37,694 bases of DNA from contig JACQHV010000225.1 in the NCBI GenBank assembly GCA_016198885.1, positions 1-37,694 of the forward strand, in the 5' to 3' direction. The notes below the pieces were generated by a model. The model searched no databases, was not told the DNA's origin, and saw nothing but the letters and a program-made list of their open reading frames with translations. Both the position numbers and the translations under genes were made by a program. This document shows, piece by piece, positions 1 through 11,040 of the stretch (its first letter is position 1; the number at the start of each line of letters is the position of its first letter). This DNA comes from Gammaproteobacteria bacterium (GTDB lineage: Bacteria; Pseudomonadota; Gammaproteobacteria; Eutrophobiales; Eutrophobiaceae).

Positions 1-68
1 ACTCCCGCCAGTTCAAATTCCATAATCTGGTTGAGTAAACCGATTACCTTATCTTTATCAAGGTTCAT
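1..68 (-). CDS. partial CDS, N-terminal 22 codons only (continues past window start); ferritin-like/bacterioferritin-type N-terminus
   Basis: ATG at 68..66 on the minus strand, open to position 1: MNLDKDKVIGLLNQIMEFELAGV. The KVIxxLNxxxxxEL pattern resembles helix A of bacterioferritin/Dps-like proteins. Too short for a firm call. Confidence 0.3.
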   Translation of the reverse strand, partial: MNLDKDKVIGLLNQIMEFELAG

Positions 69-160
69 GAGATTTTTCTCTTATAAAGTCAAATATAATC
101 AACACAAGACTGGTTTCAGTAAATGTACACCGTTGAATCAGATCGTTACAACCGCTCATG

Positions 161-865
161 TCAACGTCTGGATACATGCGCAGGATGGAAGAGCGGGACA
201 CGGCGATATTTGAATACGGGGATAAGCAACATTCCGGCAATAAACCCGCCGATATGGGCGAACCAGGCAACGCCACCTCCTTCAGAACTCGTCATCGCCG
301 AGCTGGCCAACTGGATCACAAACCAGAAGCCAAGAACCCAGCCTGCAGGAAGCCGCACCATTTGTGAGACAAATCCCAGTGGAATAAGCACCAGCACTCT
401 CGCGTGCGGATAAAGCAGAAGATATGCCCCCAGCACACCGGAGATGGCGCCGCTCGCGCCGATCATCGGGATCTGGGAATCCGGGTTTTGCAGTGTCTGG
501 CCGATCACCGCGGCAATGCCACAAAACAAATAAAAGATCACAAATCGCACATACCCCATGGAATCTTCTACATTGTTGCCGAAGATCCAGAGATACAGCA
601 TGTTACCCGCGAGGTGCATAAACCCTCCATGTAAAAACATGGAGGTAATTACAGTGAGTTCCGCCGGAATAATGGCAAGCGACTCCGGCAGTTGAACTTT
701 ATCCAGCAACACTGCAGGGATCACACCAAGACTGAAGACCGCCGCTTGATATCCTTCACTTCCGAGGGAAACCTGCCAGAAATACACCAGAACACAAATC
801 ACAATAAATGTAACCGTCACTACGGGTGTGATTTCCGTAGGATTATCGTCGTGTAGCGGGATCAC
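161..865 (-). CDS. rhomboid-family intramembrane serine protease
   Basis: 234-aa polytopic membrane ORF with rhomboid signatures FLHGGFMHLAGNMLYLWIFG, GASGAISGVLGAY (GxSG catalytic Ser) and FAHIGGFIAG (catalytic His). Confidence 0.88.
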   Translation of the reverse strand: MIPLHDDNPTEITPVVTVTFIVICVLVYFWQVSLGSEGYQAAVFSLGVIPAVLLDKVQLPESLAIIPAELTVITSMFLHGGFMHLAGNMLYLWIFGNNVEDSMGYVRFVIFYLFCGIAAVIGQTLQNPDSQIPMIGASGAISGVLGAYLLLYPHARVLVLIPLGFVSQMVRLPAGWVLGFWFVIQLASSAMTSSEGGGVAWFAHIGGFIAGMLLIPVFKYRRVPLFHPAHVSRR

Positions 866-889
866 CTTCTGAAAGTTTTCCTGAAAAGG

Positions 890-1087
890 TTACTGAGTCT
901 GCTCTTCAATCAATTTACGCTGCTCGTCTGCGCTGTCCTGAACCATTCCTTCGACCTCTTTGGCTTTTTCGATAGCGTCTGTCTGTTCCTTCCAGACATG
1001 ATCTTTTTTACTCTGTGCGCCACTGTTGTCTGAACAGGCAGAGAATAGAAAAACAATTGCACAGAGTATAGAGATAATATTTTTCAT
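890..1087 (-). CDS. small lipoprotein (65 aa), no recognisable family
   Basis: The internal ATG at 1087 gives MKNIISILCAIVFLFSAC/SDNSG, a signal peptide plus lipobox Cys. The 113-aa form in the track (to 1231) would overlap the 3' end of the carbonic anhydrase gene. The mature part is short and charged. Confidence 0.55.
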   Translation of the reverse strand: MKNIISILCAIVFLFSACSDNSGAQSKKDHVWKEQTDAIEKAKEVEGMVQDSADEQRKLIEEQTQ

Positions 1088-1163
1088 GATTAAATAACCG
1101 TTCAAATCCTGTTTAATTGTCTGAATATTCTGAATGTACCATGCCGGCATCATAACAGACTGT

Positions 1164-1799
1164 TCAACAGATGGGACTGAAACCTTTTTCTGATTTGTCT
1201 CGTTCGAACAGGATTCCCTGCTCGATATCAAAATACCAGCCGTGGATAAATAAATTATTCCGGACGACCATTTCCCTGATCCAGGGAAATGTCATTAAAT
1301 TGTTTACCGAGATATCAATCACCGCCAGCTCACAGGCCCTGCATTGATCGTCAAATGCTGCATCTCTGTGTTCCTTTAATATCTTCTCACGGGCAGGGGC
1401 GACAATATCCATCCAGGCGTCAATAAAACCATGCTTGTGATCCTGATGTTTACCTTCCATCAAGCTCCTGACGCCCCCGCACTGACCATGGCCAAAGATA
1501 ATAATATGTTTTACTCCAAGGTGTTTTACCGCGAACTCGATTGCGGCGCTGGTGCCATGTGATTTGCCGTCATCCTGACACGGTGGGACAACATTGGCGA
1601 CATTACGTACCACAAAGATATCGCCGGGGTCAGTATCCATAACCTGGGCAGGGTGGACGCGCGAATCACAACAGGCGATCACGAGTGCTTTGGGTGACTG
1701 CCCTTTATTGATTAATTGCTTGAAAAGTTCAGGTTCGTCTTCGTAATAACGCTTTCTGAACTGCCTGAATCCTGCAATCAGTTTTTCCAGTTCGTTCAT
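1164..1799 (-). CDS. can: beta-class carbonic anhydrase
   Basis: 211 aa with the zinc-ligand motifs CCDSRVHP (CxDxR) and GHGQCGG (HxxC). Confidence 0.9.
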   Translation of the reverse strand: MNELEKLIAGFRQFRKRYYEDEPELFKQLINKGQSPKALVIACCDSRVHPAQVMDTDPGDIFVVRNVANVVPPCQDDGKSHGTSAAIEFAVKHLGVKHIIIFGHGQCGGVRSLMEGKHQDHKHGFIDAWMDIVAPAREKILKEHRDAAFDDQCRACELAVIDISVNNLMTFPWIREMVVRNNLFIHGWYFDIEQGILFERDKSEKGFSPIC

Positions 1800-1842
1800 T
1801 CCAGGAATTTCATCATTCGGTCAGGCGTAAGTGTGATCATAA

Positions 1843-2736
1843 TTATCGGGTCAGGCGGTCCTGGGCTTCCCTGTACTTCGCTGCGGTATTCCTGATCACG
1901 TCATCGGGCAATTCCGGGCCTGGGGATGTCTTGTCCCAATCCAGTGTCTCCAGATAGTCACGCACATATTGCTTGTCGAAACTCGGGGGACTGATTCCAA
2001 TCTGATAGGAATCCGCCGGCCAGAATCGCGATGAATCGGGTGTAAGGACCTCATCAATAAGCACCAGATTACCTTTTTCATCCGTTCCGAACTCAAATTT
2101 GGTATCTGCGATAATAATGCCGCGATTACGGGCATAATCGGCCGATTCCTGATAAATCTTCAAACTCACATCTCGAACCTTCTCAGCCAGGCCCTTCCCG
2201 AGTAAAGCAACAGTTTTTTCAAAACTGATATTCTCGTCATGGACTCCCAGCTCCGCCTTGGTTGAGGGCGTGAACAGGGGTTCAGGCAGTTTCTCAGCCT
2301 GTCTGAGGCCCGCAGGGAGTTTGATGCCAGATATGGAGCCGGTATTCTGATATTCCTTCCAGCCGGAACCGCTGATATAGCCACGGACGATCGCCTCGAC
2401 CGGCAGTGGCTTGAGTTTACGCACGATAACACTCCTTCCTTCGACCGGCGTCCTCTCCCTGGCATCGGGTATGACTCCCTCGAGCGACAATGTGCTCAGA
2501 TGGTTCGGGACGATATGGCGGGTACGGTTGAACCAGAAATTGGAAACCGCCGTCAGGACCCGTCCCTTCCCCGGAATGGGATCAGGCAGAATGACATCGA
2601 AGGCGGAGATCCGGTCTGTCGTCACGATCAGCATGTGATCGCCATCCACGGCATAGATATCGCGTACCTTCCCGCTGTTAATTAAAGGCAGGCTTTTGAT
2701 TTCGGATTTATAAAGGGCGGCAGGTAAATTTTTCAT
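1843..2736 (-). CDS. purC: phosphoribosylaminoimidazole-succinocarboxamide (SAICAR) synthase, long form
   Basis: Motifs [25 protein letters not shown] and [10 protein letters not shown]. The ORF is open to 2778, but family N-termini begin near [12 protein letters not shown] (ATG at 2736), so the start is uncertain (2736/2751/2778). Confidence 0.9.
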   Translation of the reverse strand: MKNLPAALYKSEIKSLPLINSGKVRDIYAVDGDHMLIVTTDRISAFDVILPDPIPGKGRVLTAVSNFWFNRTRHIVPNHLSTLSLEGVIPDARERTPVEGRSVIVRKLKPLPVEAIVRGYISGSGWKEYQNTGSISGIKLPAGLRQAEKLPEPLFTPSTKAELGVHDENISFEKTVALLGKGLAEKVRDVSLKIYQESADYARNRGIIIADTKFEFGTDEKGNLVLIDEVLTPDSSRFWPADSYQIGISPPSFDKQYVRDYLETLDWDKTSPGPELPDDVIRNTAAKYREAQDRLTR

Positions 2737-2825
2737 CCCGTTTGTTCTCATAATTTTTTCCGGAATTTTCCCATACATTTTCTTCTGCGACTATCTCTCA
2801 GATAATTTTACTTTTATCTTGGTTC

Positions 2826-3272
2826 ATGCTGGTGTATGGTGCCGCATCTTTGGCGATACCGTCGGCTTCAGGAATGGAGAGACCAGCACCAACCAGCGGC
2901 ATGCACCATGTGGCATTAAATGTCAGCAACCTGGAAAAATGTGAACAATTCTATGCGGGTTTGCTGGGCATGAAAGTGGAATGGCGACCGGACAAGGACA
3001 ATGTCTATCTATGCTCGGGCAATGACAACCTTGCCCTGCATCGACTTCCCCCTGGCAAACGTCCCCGGGGAACGCAACGGCTGGACCACATCGGCTTTAT
3101 TCTCAATGAACCCGGGCTTGTGGATGAATGGTTCAAATACCTCAGCGCCCACAATGTGAAAATGAAAACCGCACCGAAGACTCACCGGGATGGTGCGCGA
3201 AGTTTCTATTGTGAAGATCCTGCTGGTAATGTCGTGCAAATGATCTATTATTTACCTTTAAATCATCTTTAA
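2826..3272 (+). CDS. VOC (glyoxalase/bleomycin-resistance/dioxygenase) family protein
   Basis: MHHVALNVSNLEKCEQFYAGLLGM is typical of the first beta-alpha-beta-beta-beta module, and LDHIGF and EDPAGN are typical of the second. The start codon is ambiguous (2826, 2874 or 2901). Confidence 0.75.
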   Translation: MLVYGAASLAIPSASGMERPAPTSGMHHVALNVSNLEKCEQFYAGLLGMKVEWRPDKDNVYLCSGNDNLALHRLPPGKRPRGTQRLDHIGFILNEPGLVDEWFKYLSAHNVKMKTAPKTHRDGARSFYCEDPAGNVVQMIYYLPLNHL

Positions 3273-3290
3273 GGGGGAGGATCAGCTGTT

Positions 3291-4109
3291 ATGACAACAT
3301 CCTCAGAAAAAATCTGTCTGCAGGGTTTTAATAACCTGACCAAGACCCTGAGCTTTAACATCTACGATGTTTGCTATGCCCGCACGGAAGCCCAGATGAA
3401 TAAATACATGCAATACATCGACGAGGCCTATAACTCTGACCGCCTCACCCAGATACTTGAGCATGTTTCAAAAATAATCGGCGCCAATATCCTGAATATT
3501 GCCAGGGCGGATTATGATCCCCTCGGGGCGAGTGTTACCTTTCTGATCTCGGAAGAAGGGCCGGCCTCGGTTGAGGTAATCGACAAAAATACCGGGGTCC
3601 CTGTCCGGACATCGGAGGCCGTCGTTGCCCATCTGGACAAGAGCCATCTGACTGTACATACCTATCCCGAAAGCCATCCGGATTTCGGGATATGCACCTT
3701 CCGGGCGGATATTGATGTGAGCACCTGCGGCATGATCTCTCCGCTCAAGGCGTTAAACAGCCTGATCCATTGCTTTGAGTCCGATATTGTCATCATGGAT
3801 TACCGCGTACGGGGTTTCACCCGCGATACCACAGGTACAAAACGCTATATCGATCATGAGATTAACTCGATCCAGAACTTTATCGCCAAGGATATAAAAC
3901 GGCATTACCAGATGATTGATGTCAATATCTACGAGGAAAACATCTTCCATACAAAGATGATGTTGAAGAAATTTGACCTGAATAATTATCTGTTCAATGT
4001 CACGGTGGATGAGCTGGAGCATGAACAACGCCTTTCGATCGAGCAGCGCCTGAAGGAAGAGATGGCGCAGATCTTCTATGGCAGCAACAGCGTAACGACA
4101 AGCAATTAA
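3291..4109 (+). CDS. speD: S-adenosylmethionine decarboxylase proenzyme (E. coli SpeD type)
   Basis: 272 aa, colinear with E. coli SpeD as I recall it: [21 protein letters not shown] and the self-processing region [16 protein letters not shown] strong SD (GGGGGAGGA) lies about 9 nt upstream. Confidence 0.9.
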   Translation: MTTSSEKICLQGFNNLTKTLSFNIYDVCYARTEAQMNKYMQYIDEAYNSDRLTQILEHVSKIIGANILNIARADYDPLGASVTFLISEEGPASVEVIDKNTGVPVRTSEAVVAHLDKSHLTVHTYPESHPDFGICTFRADIDVSTCGMISPLKALNSLIHCFESDIVIMDYRVRGFTRDTTGTKRYIDHEINSIQNFIAKDIKRHYQMIDVNIYEENIFHTKMMLKKFDLNNYLFNVTVDELEHEQRLSIEQRLKEEMAQIFYGSNSVTTSN

Positions 4110-4155
4110 TTTGTTGAAATTCTGAATTAGTCCATCCTGGATCTATCAGAGCCCC

Positions 4156-5847
4156 CTATTTTGCCTTATTACCCTCTTTCGCCCAGGAATCCCGCAGTGT
4201 TACAGTCCTGTTGAATACAGGCCTGCCTGTCACTGCATCCTTGCGGTCCACACAAAAATATCCCAGGCGCTCAAACTGAAAATGCTCTTCCGGTTGTGCC
4301 CGCGCAAGATCCGGCTCAACACAGGCATCCTTCAGGATTTTAACCGATTCCGGGTTGATAGATGATTTCCATTCAGCGGTGCTGTCAGGTACAGGTACTC
4401 TGAACAGCCGATCGTACAGGCGCACTTCGGTTTGCAGGGCATGGTTTGCAGACACCCAATGCAATGTTCCTTTGACCTTGCGGCCATCAGGTGCGTTTCC
4501 GCCTTTTGTCCGGGGATCATAAGTACAGCGCAGTTCAGTTATCGCGCCAGTCTTTTTGTCCTTTATCATTTCCTCACATCTGATGAAATACGCATAACGC
4601 AACCGGACCTCTGCTCCGGGTGAGAGGCGGAAAAACTTCTTCGGGGGGGACTCCATGAAATCATCCTGTTCAATATAAATGACTCTGGAAAAGGGCACCT
4701 TGCGGCTACCCATCTCCGGCCTGTTTGGATGATAAGGCGCATCAAGTTCTTCAGTTTTATTCTCGGGATAATTGTTAATAACGACACGCAATGGCCGCAA
4801 CACGGCCATTACACGGCGTGTCGTCTTGTCCAGGTCCTCTCGCACGGAATTTTCAAGCACTGACATATCAATTACCGTATCGTTTTTTGTCACACCTATA
4901 CGTTCACAAAAATCCTGGACGGCCGCCGGTGTATATCCCCGCCGTCGCATCCCTGTAATGGTCGGCATGCGCGGATCATCCCAGCCGCTGACATGACCTT
5001 CATTCACAAGCTCATTCAGTTTGCGCTTGCTCATGACGGTATAGTTGAGATTGAGCCGGGCGAATTCGATCTGCTGCGGATGACAGGGTACAGGCAATTG
5101 ATCCAGGCACCAGTCATAGAGTGGGCGGTGATCTTCAAACTCAAGGGTACAGATTGAATGCGTAATGCCTTCCAGCGCATCTGATATGCAATGCGTATAG
5201 TCATACATGGGATAAATGCACCACTTGTCTCCGGTGCGATGATGATGCGCCTTTTTGATGCGATAGATGACCGGGTCACGCATATTAATGTTTGGTGATG
5301 CCATATCTATTTTTGCGCGGAGCACATATCTGCCTTCATCAAATTCACCGGCGCGCATCCGTGCGAACAAATCAAGATTATCTTCGATACTGCGATTTCG
5401 ATCTGGTGACTCGCGGCCGGGTTTCGTCAATGTCCCACGATATTCCCGCATTTCATCGGCGCCCAGACTGTCTACATAGGCCTTGCCGTCCTTGATCAAC
5501 CGGACTGCGTAGTCATACAGTTGTTCGAAATAATCCGAGGCGTAATAAAGCCGATCCTCCCAATCAAATCCCAACCAATGAACATCTTCCATAATGGCCT
5601 CGGTATATTCGACATCTTCCTTTTCCGGATTGGTATCATCAAAACGCAGGTTGCACAGGCCGCCATCATTTTCAGCTGCAATGCCGAAATTGAGACAGAT
5701 AGATTTGGCATGGCCGACGTGCAAATAACCATTCGGTTCCGGTGGAAAGCGTGTGTGCACCCTGCCGTTATTCTTGTTTTTCTTCAAATCATCCCTGACG
5801 ATGGCGCGAATAAAATTCGGCGGGGTTAATTTATCCACTTCAGTCAT
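4156..5847 (-). CDS. glnS: glutamine--tRNA ligase
   Basis: 563 aa with NFIRAIV...[17 protein letters not shown] (HIGH) and VMSKRKL (KMSKS). The length and layout are those of GlnRS. Confidence 0.95.
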   Translation of the reverse strand: MTEVDKLTPPNFIRAIVRDDLKKNKNNGRVHTRFPPEPNGYLHVGHAKSICLNFGIAAENDGGLCNLRFDDTNPEKEDVEYTEAIMEDVHWLGFDWEDRLYYASDYFEQLYDYAVRLIKDGKAYVDSLGADEMREYRGTLTKPGRESPDRNRSIEDNLDLFARMRAGEFDEGRYVLRAKIDMASPNINMRDPVIYRIKKAHHHRTGDKWCIYPMYDYTHCISDALEGITHSICTLEFEDHRPLYDWCLDQLPVPCHPQQIEFARLNLNYTVMSKRKLNELVNEGHVSGWDDPRMPTITGMRRRGYTPAAVQDFCERIGVTKNDTVIDMSVLENSVREDLDKTTRRVMAVLRPLRVVINNYPENKTEELDAPYHPNRPEMGSRKVPFSRVIYIEQDDFMESPPKKFFRLSPGAEVRLRYAYFIRCEEMIKDKKTGAITELRCTYDPRTKGGNAPDGRKVKGTLHWVSANHALQTEVRLYDRLFRVPVPDSTAEWKSSINPESVKILKDACVEPDLARAQPEEHFQFERLGYFCVDRKDAVTGRPVFNRTVTLRDSWAKEGNKAK

Positions 5848-5935
5848 ACGTCTGCTCGCGCGGTTAAAACTGATTTGTCGGGTAATTTCAAAAAAGTTAC
5901 GGAAAAATGAAAATGTACGGCGGAATTGTACCTGA

Positions 5936-7165
5936 TTATGAGGTTGCGCGTGCAGCCGCTGGCAGGTCTCCTGTCAACCCCATTGCATAGCGCATAAACA
6001 TATGCTTTACGGGTATTGCCCTGTCTGTGAGATCAAGTCCGAGATTCCTTAGATATCTTACCGTCAGTAATTTACTCTCGAACAGATACTTGAATCCCTG
6101 CAATAACTTCAGCATGGCGTAATTTTCGCCCTTGCGCCAGCGTTCGTATCGTCTCAATACCAGATAGGCCCCGATGTCCCTGTTCCTGTTTTTTGCATCA
6201 AGCACAACCTCGGCCAACACTGCTGCATCAAGCAGACCCAGATTCGCACCCTGCCCCGCCAGTGGATGTACGGTATGAGCTGCATCACCAATCAGTGCAA
6301 GTCCTGGCCGGCAATACTCTCTTGCCTGGGCATGCTGCAGGGGAAAACATGCCCGGGGTCCGCTCGAAACGATCCTGCCCAATACATTATCAAGCCCTTC
6401 TCCGAGGGCCATATTGAATTCCTGTTCATCCAACGCCAGCAATGACCTTGCATGTTGAGGGGATGTTGACCAGACGATGCCGCATTGCCTGATATCAGCC
6501 ATGGGCAAGAAAGCCAATGGCCCGTTTTGCAAAAACCGCTGTCTTGCAACATGTGTGTGTGGTTTTTCTGTTTTCACCACACAGGCTACTGCCTGCTGGT
6601 GATAATCATACTGTGGATAGTCGATAGCGGCGAGTGTCCTGATCCTGGATCTTGCACCGTCTGCAGCCACTATCAGACTCGCGCACAGATTACGACCATC
6701 TTCCAGTGTTACGGTTATCCCGTTATCTCCCTGCATCAAAGATGCCGGTGTTGCAGGCCGGTACCATGTAACACACTCGACCCCCTCAAGCGACTGCTGC
6801 AGGGCCTGTTCCAGTATCGTCTGTTCAATGATATAACCGAGAGTGGGTTCACACAGCTCGGCGCTATCAAAGTGGATCTCACCCGCCCCGTTTTCATCCC
6901 ACACATGCATTCCGGAAAAATAACCAATCCTGTCCCTGGATAGATGTTGCCATGCCCCTGTTGAGCCCAGTATATTCGCGGATGCACGTGTAATGGCAAG
7001 CGCCCGCGGGTCTGTCCGTATTTCAGAATTGCCAGATGTTCTGGCGCATTCTTCCAGAATGATACAGTGAATATCCTGCCTCGCGAGAAGCGCGGCAATT
7101 GTGCAACCGGTCAGTCCACCACCCACAATAATGACTTCCGTATCGTAATTATTCCTTCTCTTCAT
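5936..7165 (-). CDS. ubiI: UbiH/UbiF/VisC/Coq6-family FAD-dependent ubiquinone hydroxylase (UbiI/VisC by position after ubiH)
   Basis: Motifs [11 protein letters not shown] (GxGxxG) and [22 protein letters not shown]. The ATGA-type 4-nt overlap with ubiH and the pepP-ubiH-visC synteny support the call. Confidence 0.8.
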   Translation of the reverse strand: MKRRNNYDTEVIIVGGGLTGCTIAALLARQDIHCIILEECARTSGNSEIRTDPRALAITRASANILGSTGAWQHLSRDRIGYFSGMHVWDENGAGEIHFDSAELCEPTLGYIIEQTILEQALQQSLEGVECVTWYRPATPASLMQGDNGITVTLEDGRNLCASLIVAADGARSRIRTLAAIDYPQYDYHQQAVACVVKTEKPHTHVARQRFLQNGPLAFLPMADIRQCGIVWSTSPQHARSLLALDEQEFNMALGEGLDNVLGRIVSSGPRACFPLQHAQAREYCRPGLALIGDAAHTVHPLAGQGANLGLLDAAVLAEVVLDAKNRNRDIGAYLVLRRYERWRKGENYAMLKLLQGFKYLFESKLLTVRYLRNLGLDLTDRAIPVKHMFMRYAMGLTGDLPAAARATS

Positions 7166-8382
7166 AAGGCAAGGCTCCGGACCAGAGAGGGTTGCCTGCC
7201 GTAGAGTCCCATCGCCTGGCGCAGAAATGATCTCTTGATTATCGGTAACATATCGGTCAACAACATACCGGTATTTCTAACCAGTACTTTATGTGGAAGC
7301 TCATTGTAAAAAAGTGTCGCAAGAGCATGACTGAACCGCATTACATGTCGCTGATCTTTCTGACGCGCAGCGAGATAGATATTGAGCAACTCCCGTTCAC
7401 CTACGTCCTTATTTTCGCTCAGGGCGGGGATCAAGATCTCGGCCAGACCTGCAACATCACGCAAACAGAGGTTAAATCCCTGTGCGCCATTGGGATGCAA
7501 CGTATGTGCAGAATTTCCCAGAATGACAACCCGATCACGCACCTGCTCACGCGCCGAAATCATTTTGATGGGATAAGATTTGCGTGCGCCGATGTGTTGA
7601 AATCTGCCCAGCCGCCGCCCGAACCGTCTTTGTAGACAGTTAGTGAATGTATAATCATCCATCTGCAGATAATGCCCTGCATCACATGTGTTGACTGTAA
7701 ACACCACAGCATATCGTTGATCAGATAATGGTAATAAGGCGAGTGGCCCGGATTCAGTAAATCTTTCATAGGCCGTATCACAATGCGGTTTTTCCGGCGT
7801 TACATTCGTCACTATGGCGGTTTGGCCATAATCCTTGATCTGCACAGTAATACCCAGCAATTCCCTGGATCGGGAGTGTGTTCCATCTGCCGCAATGACT
7901 AATTGACTTTTCAGAGTCCTTGTCACACCGTCAATATTTACAATTACCTTTGCACAGGCGGGCTCGATCCAGACCGCATCAACTGTTGCCGGACAGAAGA
8001 ATTCAATATTATCTGTCATATCTAAACGATCCAGCAGGACCCTCCCAAGCTCTCGAGCGGTAACAACATAACCCAGGGCCGGGATATGCAGCATTTCGGC
8101 ATGCAGGCGCACAAAACCAAAATGCTTCCGATCAGAGACATGCACATGCCGTATTGGAGTGCTGCAGAGTTTATCCCACAGACCAAGGCCAGCTAGGATG
8201 CGTTGTGAAGAGAGTGACAAGGCAAGACCACGGTCATCATAACTGGGTTGATTGTCGGAACGGGATGATACTGCCTCAACAATTGCAATTCGGAATTGTT
8301 CGACACACAGTGCCGAGGCGAGACTGGCACCCACCATCCCGCCACCCACGATTATTACGTCATAATCAGGCAGCGATCTCAT
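7162..8382 (-). CDS. ubiH: 2-octaprenyl-6-methoxyphenol hydroxylase
   Basis: Motifs VIIVGGGMVGAS, IAADGTHS and GNSAHTLHPNGAQGFNLCLRD. Its position directly downstream of pepP matches E. coli and Pseudomonas. Confidence 0.85.
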   Translation of the reverse strand: MRSLPDYDVIIVGGGMVGASLASALCVEQFRIAIVEAVSSRSDNQPSYDDRGLALSLSSQRILAGLGLWDKLCSTPIRHVHVSDRKHFGFVRLHAEMLHIPALGYVVTARELGRVLLDRLDMTDNIEFFCPATVDAVWIEPACAKVIVNIDGVTRTLKSQLVIAADGTHSRSRELLGITVQIKDYGQTAIVTNVTPEKPHCDTAYERFTESGPLALLPLSDQRYAVVFTVNTCDAGHYLQMDDYTFTNCLQRRFGRRLGRFQHIGARKSYPIKMISAREQVRDRVVILGNSAHTLHPNGAQGFNLCLRDVAGLAEILIPALSENKDVGERELLNIYLAARQKDQRHVMRFSHALATLFYNELPHKVLVRNTGMLLTDMLPIIKRSFLRQAMGLYGRQPSLVRSLAL

Positions 8383-9688
8383 GAGCCATTAATTTTTCGA
8401 TTTCTTCTACCTGCTTTGGTGCATCAATGGTCAATACTTCGTTGCCATTGTCGGTGACAAGGACATCATCTTCAATACGTATGCCGATATTCCACCACTT
8501 CTTGGCCAGGCCTTTTGTACGTGCAGGGAAATACAAACCTGGTTCAACGGTAAGCACCATACCAGGCGCGAATGTGCGCCATTCACCCTCGACCTTGTAT
8601 TCACCCACATCATGCACATCCATGCCAAGCCAGTGTCCGGTCCTGTGCATATAGTAGGTCGCATAAGATTGTTCTTTTATAAGGTTTCTCACCCTGCCTT
8701 TGAGGACGCCGAGATCGACCAATCCTTCAGTGAGCGCCCGGATAGCGGCATCATGTGGTTCATTCCAGTGATTACCGGGACGAACTTTATTTATTGCCGC
8801 AAGTTGCGCACCTAGCACAACTTCATATGCTTCCCGTTGTTCCTTGCTGAAGGTGCCATTGACGGGAAATGTTCTGGAGATATCACTCGCGTATCCTTCA
8901 TATTCAGATCCCGCGTCGATCAGCAACATATCCCCGTCCTTGAGCTTTTCCCTGTTTTCCGTGTAATGCAGGATGCAACTGTTTGCCCCGCTGCCGACGA
9001 TGGGCGGATATGCCGAATGGCGCGCACCATGTTGCATAAATACATATCTAAGCTCTGCTTCGATCTGATATTCATAGAGACCGGGGCGGCAGATCTGCAT
9101 TGCCCTTTTATGGGCAGCGGCTGAAATCCTTGCTGCCTTGCGTATGGCAGCAATCTCGTAACGGCTTTTATACAGGCGCATTTCATGGAGAAAATGGGTC
9201 AGTGAGATAAATTCCTCCGGTGCATTAACACCGGTGCGCACACGCTTGCGCACCTGATTCACCCAACCCAGAACGCGTTGATCAAACACCGTATCACTCG
9301 CCATGGTGTAAAAAATGCGCTCACGATCCTCCAACATCCCGGGTAGTATTTCATCAAGGTCTTCAATCGGAAAGGCATCATCCGCCCCATAGATTTCACG
9401 CGCACCTTCAAGCCCCGCACGGCGGCCATTCCATGTCTCCATGACAGGATCATTCTCGCGGCAAAAAAGCACATATTCACCGTGGTGACGATCAGGGATC
9501 AATACAGCGACCGCCTCCTGTTCCGGATAGCCGGTCAGATAATAAAAATCGCTGTCAGGGCGAAACGGATATTCAACATCGCGATTACGGACACGCACAG
9601 GGGCTGTTGGAATGATGGCCATGCTTTCATGTCCCATCATATCCATCAGTTTTTTCCGGCGTCTCCGGTATTCTTTAATATTCATCAA
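8366..9688 (-). CDS. pepP: Xaa-Pro aminopeptidase (M24B)
   Basis: 440 aa with an N-terminal creatinase-like domain. Metal-ligand motifs are LLIDAG, HRTGHWLGMDVHD, VLTVEPGLY and GIRIEDDVLVT. Confidence 0.92.
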   Translation of the reverse strand: MMNIKEYRRRRKKLMDMMGHESMAIIPTAPVRVRNRDVEYPFRPDSDFYYLTGYPEQEAVAVLIPDRHHGEYVLFCRENDPVMETWNGRRAGLEGAREIYGADDAFPIEDLDEILPGMLEDRERIFYTMASDTVFDQRVLGWVNQVRKRVRTGVNAPEEFISLTHFLHEMRLYKSRYEIAAIRKAARISAAAHKRAMQICRPGLYEYQIEAELRYVFMQHGARHSAYPPIVGSGANSCILHYTENREKLKDGDMLLIDAGSEYEGYASDISRTFPVNGTFSKEQREAYEVVLGAQLAAINKVRPGNHWNEPHDAAIRALTEGLVDLGVLKGRVRNLIKEQSYATYYMHRTGHWLGMDVHDVGEYKVEGEWRTFAPGMVLTVEPGLYFPARTKGLAKKWWNIGIRIEDDVLVTDNGNEVLTIDAPKQVEEIEKLMAHEIAA

Positions 9689-10245
9689 TGCAGCACCTCT
9701 GGACGACTTATCGCAACAGGCAGACCCTGAAATTCATCATGTATCATGATCACGCCCATGCGCACATATTCTATCAATTCGATTAATGCAGATTCCTCTT
9801 CCTCGCCGGAATCTTCTATTTCTTCCGCATTCAACCGGCATATTTTGTACAAATCATCGATAAACTCCCTGCTTTCAGCCGAAATTGAATCGGTATCAAC
9901 CATCCCGCCAATACCCAGTCCGCTTAAAAAGCCCTGACACCATTCTATGAGTGCAATACTGCGCTCCTGCAACGGCCTGTCATCTTCAGGTAATAGCAAC
10001 TGTAATTCAAAATCAGATGAAGATATTTGTGTATTGATGTCAGAGGCAAGTTCAGTAATCTGTGAACAACATTCGTGAAATGTTACATCGTCTGTCGTAT
10101 CAGCCAATAGATATTTTATGAACAATTCTTCTTCCACGTGATTGCTGATACAGCGATATCCACACAGAAAACCGTGACACTCCGCTGCGCGGCTGCCCGT
10201 CTGTGCATCAATGAGCAATTTATCAAGATCATTGAAATTCAACAT
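9685..10245 (-). CDS. ygfB: UPF0149 family protein YgfB
   Basis: 186-aa acidic protein. ECHGFLCG, LIEWCQGFLSGLGIG and LIELIEYVRMGVIMIHDEF parallel E. coli YgfB. It overlaps pepP by 4 nt. Confidence 0.8.
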   Translation of the reverse strand: MLNFNDLDKLLIDAQTGSRAAECHGFLCGYRCISNHVEEELFIKYLLADTTDDVTFHECCSQITELASDINTQISSSDFELQLLLPEDDRPLQERSIALIEWCQGFLSGLGIGGMVDTDSISAESREFIDDLYKICRLNAEEIEDSGEEEESALIELIEYVRMGVIMIHDEFQGLPVAISRPEVLH

Positions 10246-10359
10246 TACTTTAACTGTTCAAACAGACCCGGATAATACAAATTCTGAACAATATCATTAT
10301 TTTGCAGAATAAAATGTATCTTAACATCATAATAGATTACACAATAACCTTGTCATGTC

Positions 10360-10388
10360 TTGACCGTCATCAATGGCCGCTCTATATT
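10360..10388 (+). promoter_or_regulatory. candidate sigma70 promoter for the zapB-like/zapA/ssrS unit
   Basis: TTGACC (10360-10365), an exact 17-nt spacer, then TATATT (10383-10388), about 65 nt upstream of the 10455 start. Identified by hexamer match only. Confidence 0.35.
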
Positions 10389-10454
10389 GCATTATCAATA
10401 ATAATTAATCATCAGGTCTTGTCCATCGAATAAGACAGATATTCGGAATTTATC

Positions 10455-10679
10455 ATGACTGATAAACATAGCGACAATAACGACCTTGCGGCACTTGAGG
10501 CCCGCGTTGATGAACTTATTCGCACCGTCGATCAACTCAAGACTGAAAACTCTGCATTGCGCAACCAGCAGGAAAACCTCGTCAATGAACGTGCCTTGCT
10601 TATAGAGAAGACTGAACAGGCACGAAGCCGTATTGAATCCATGATTTCGCGTTTGCGGGCCATGGAAACACGTTCATGA
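10455..10679 (+). CDS. small coiled-coil protein, ZapB-like (TIGR02449-type family found next to zapA)
   Basis: 74 aa of heptad-rich sequence (LAALEARVDELIRTVDQLKTENSALRNQQENL...). The stop overlaps the zapA start (ATGA at 10676-10679). Confidence 0.65.
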   Translation: MTDKHSDNNDLAALEARVDELIRTVDQLKTENSALRNQQENLVNERALLIEKTEQARSRIESMISRLRAMETRS

Positions 10680-10993
10680 GCAAGGGCACAAGGCCAATCA
10701 GCGTCACAATCCTGGATAAGGAATACCTGATCAATTGTGATGAAAATGAACGTGATTTACTGCATCGCGCCACAGAATTACTCAATGTCAAAATGAAAGA
10801 TGTTAAACGCTCGGGAAAGGTTATTGGTACTGAGCGGATTGCGGTAATGGCTGCGTTGAATATCGCCCATGAACTTCTGCAATACAAACAGGAAAATGAC
10901 AGCTATACTTCCCAGGTAGACAATTTGATTCGTCGCTTGCAGAATAAAATAGATGATGCCCTGGTAAAGGGCAAACAAATGGAAATGCAATAA
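10676..10993 (+). CDS. zapA: cell division protein ZapA
   Basis: 105 aa. ISVTILDKEYLINCDENERDLL...TERIAVMAALNIAHELL parallels E. coli ZapA. Confidence 0.9.
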   Translation: MSKGTRPISVTILDKEYLINCDENERDLLHRATELLNVKMKDVKRSGKVIGTERIAVMAALNIAHELLQYKQENDSYTSQVDNLIRRLQNKIDDALVKGKQMEMQ

Positions 10994-11040
10994 ACTGAAG
11001 CAGGGATATATCTGACGTGGCAGTTATGATTTTAAAGCTT

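Noticed and set aside
1088-1231. N-terminal extension of the lipoprotein ORF (the 113-aa form)
   Set aside because: It would overlap the last 68 nt of the carbonic anhydrase gene and would bury the signal peptide and lipobox internally. The ATG at 1087 is the sensible start.
2826-4109. VOC-family gene immediately upstream of speD without speE
   Set aside because: The 18-nt spacing suggests co-transcription, but both are common stand-alone genes and I have no sequence-based reason to link them functionally.
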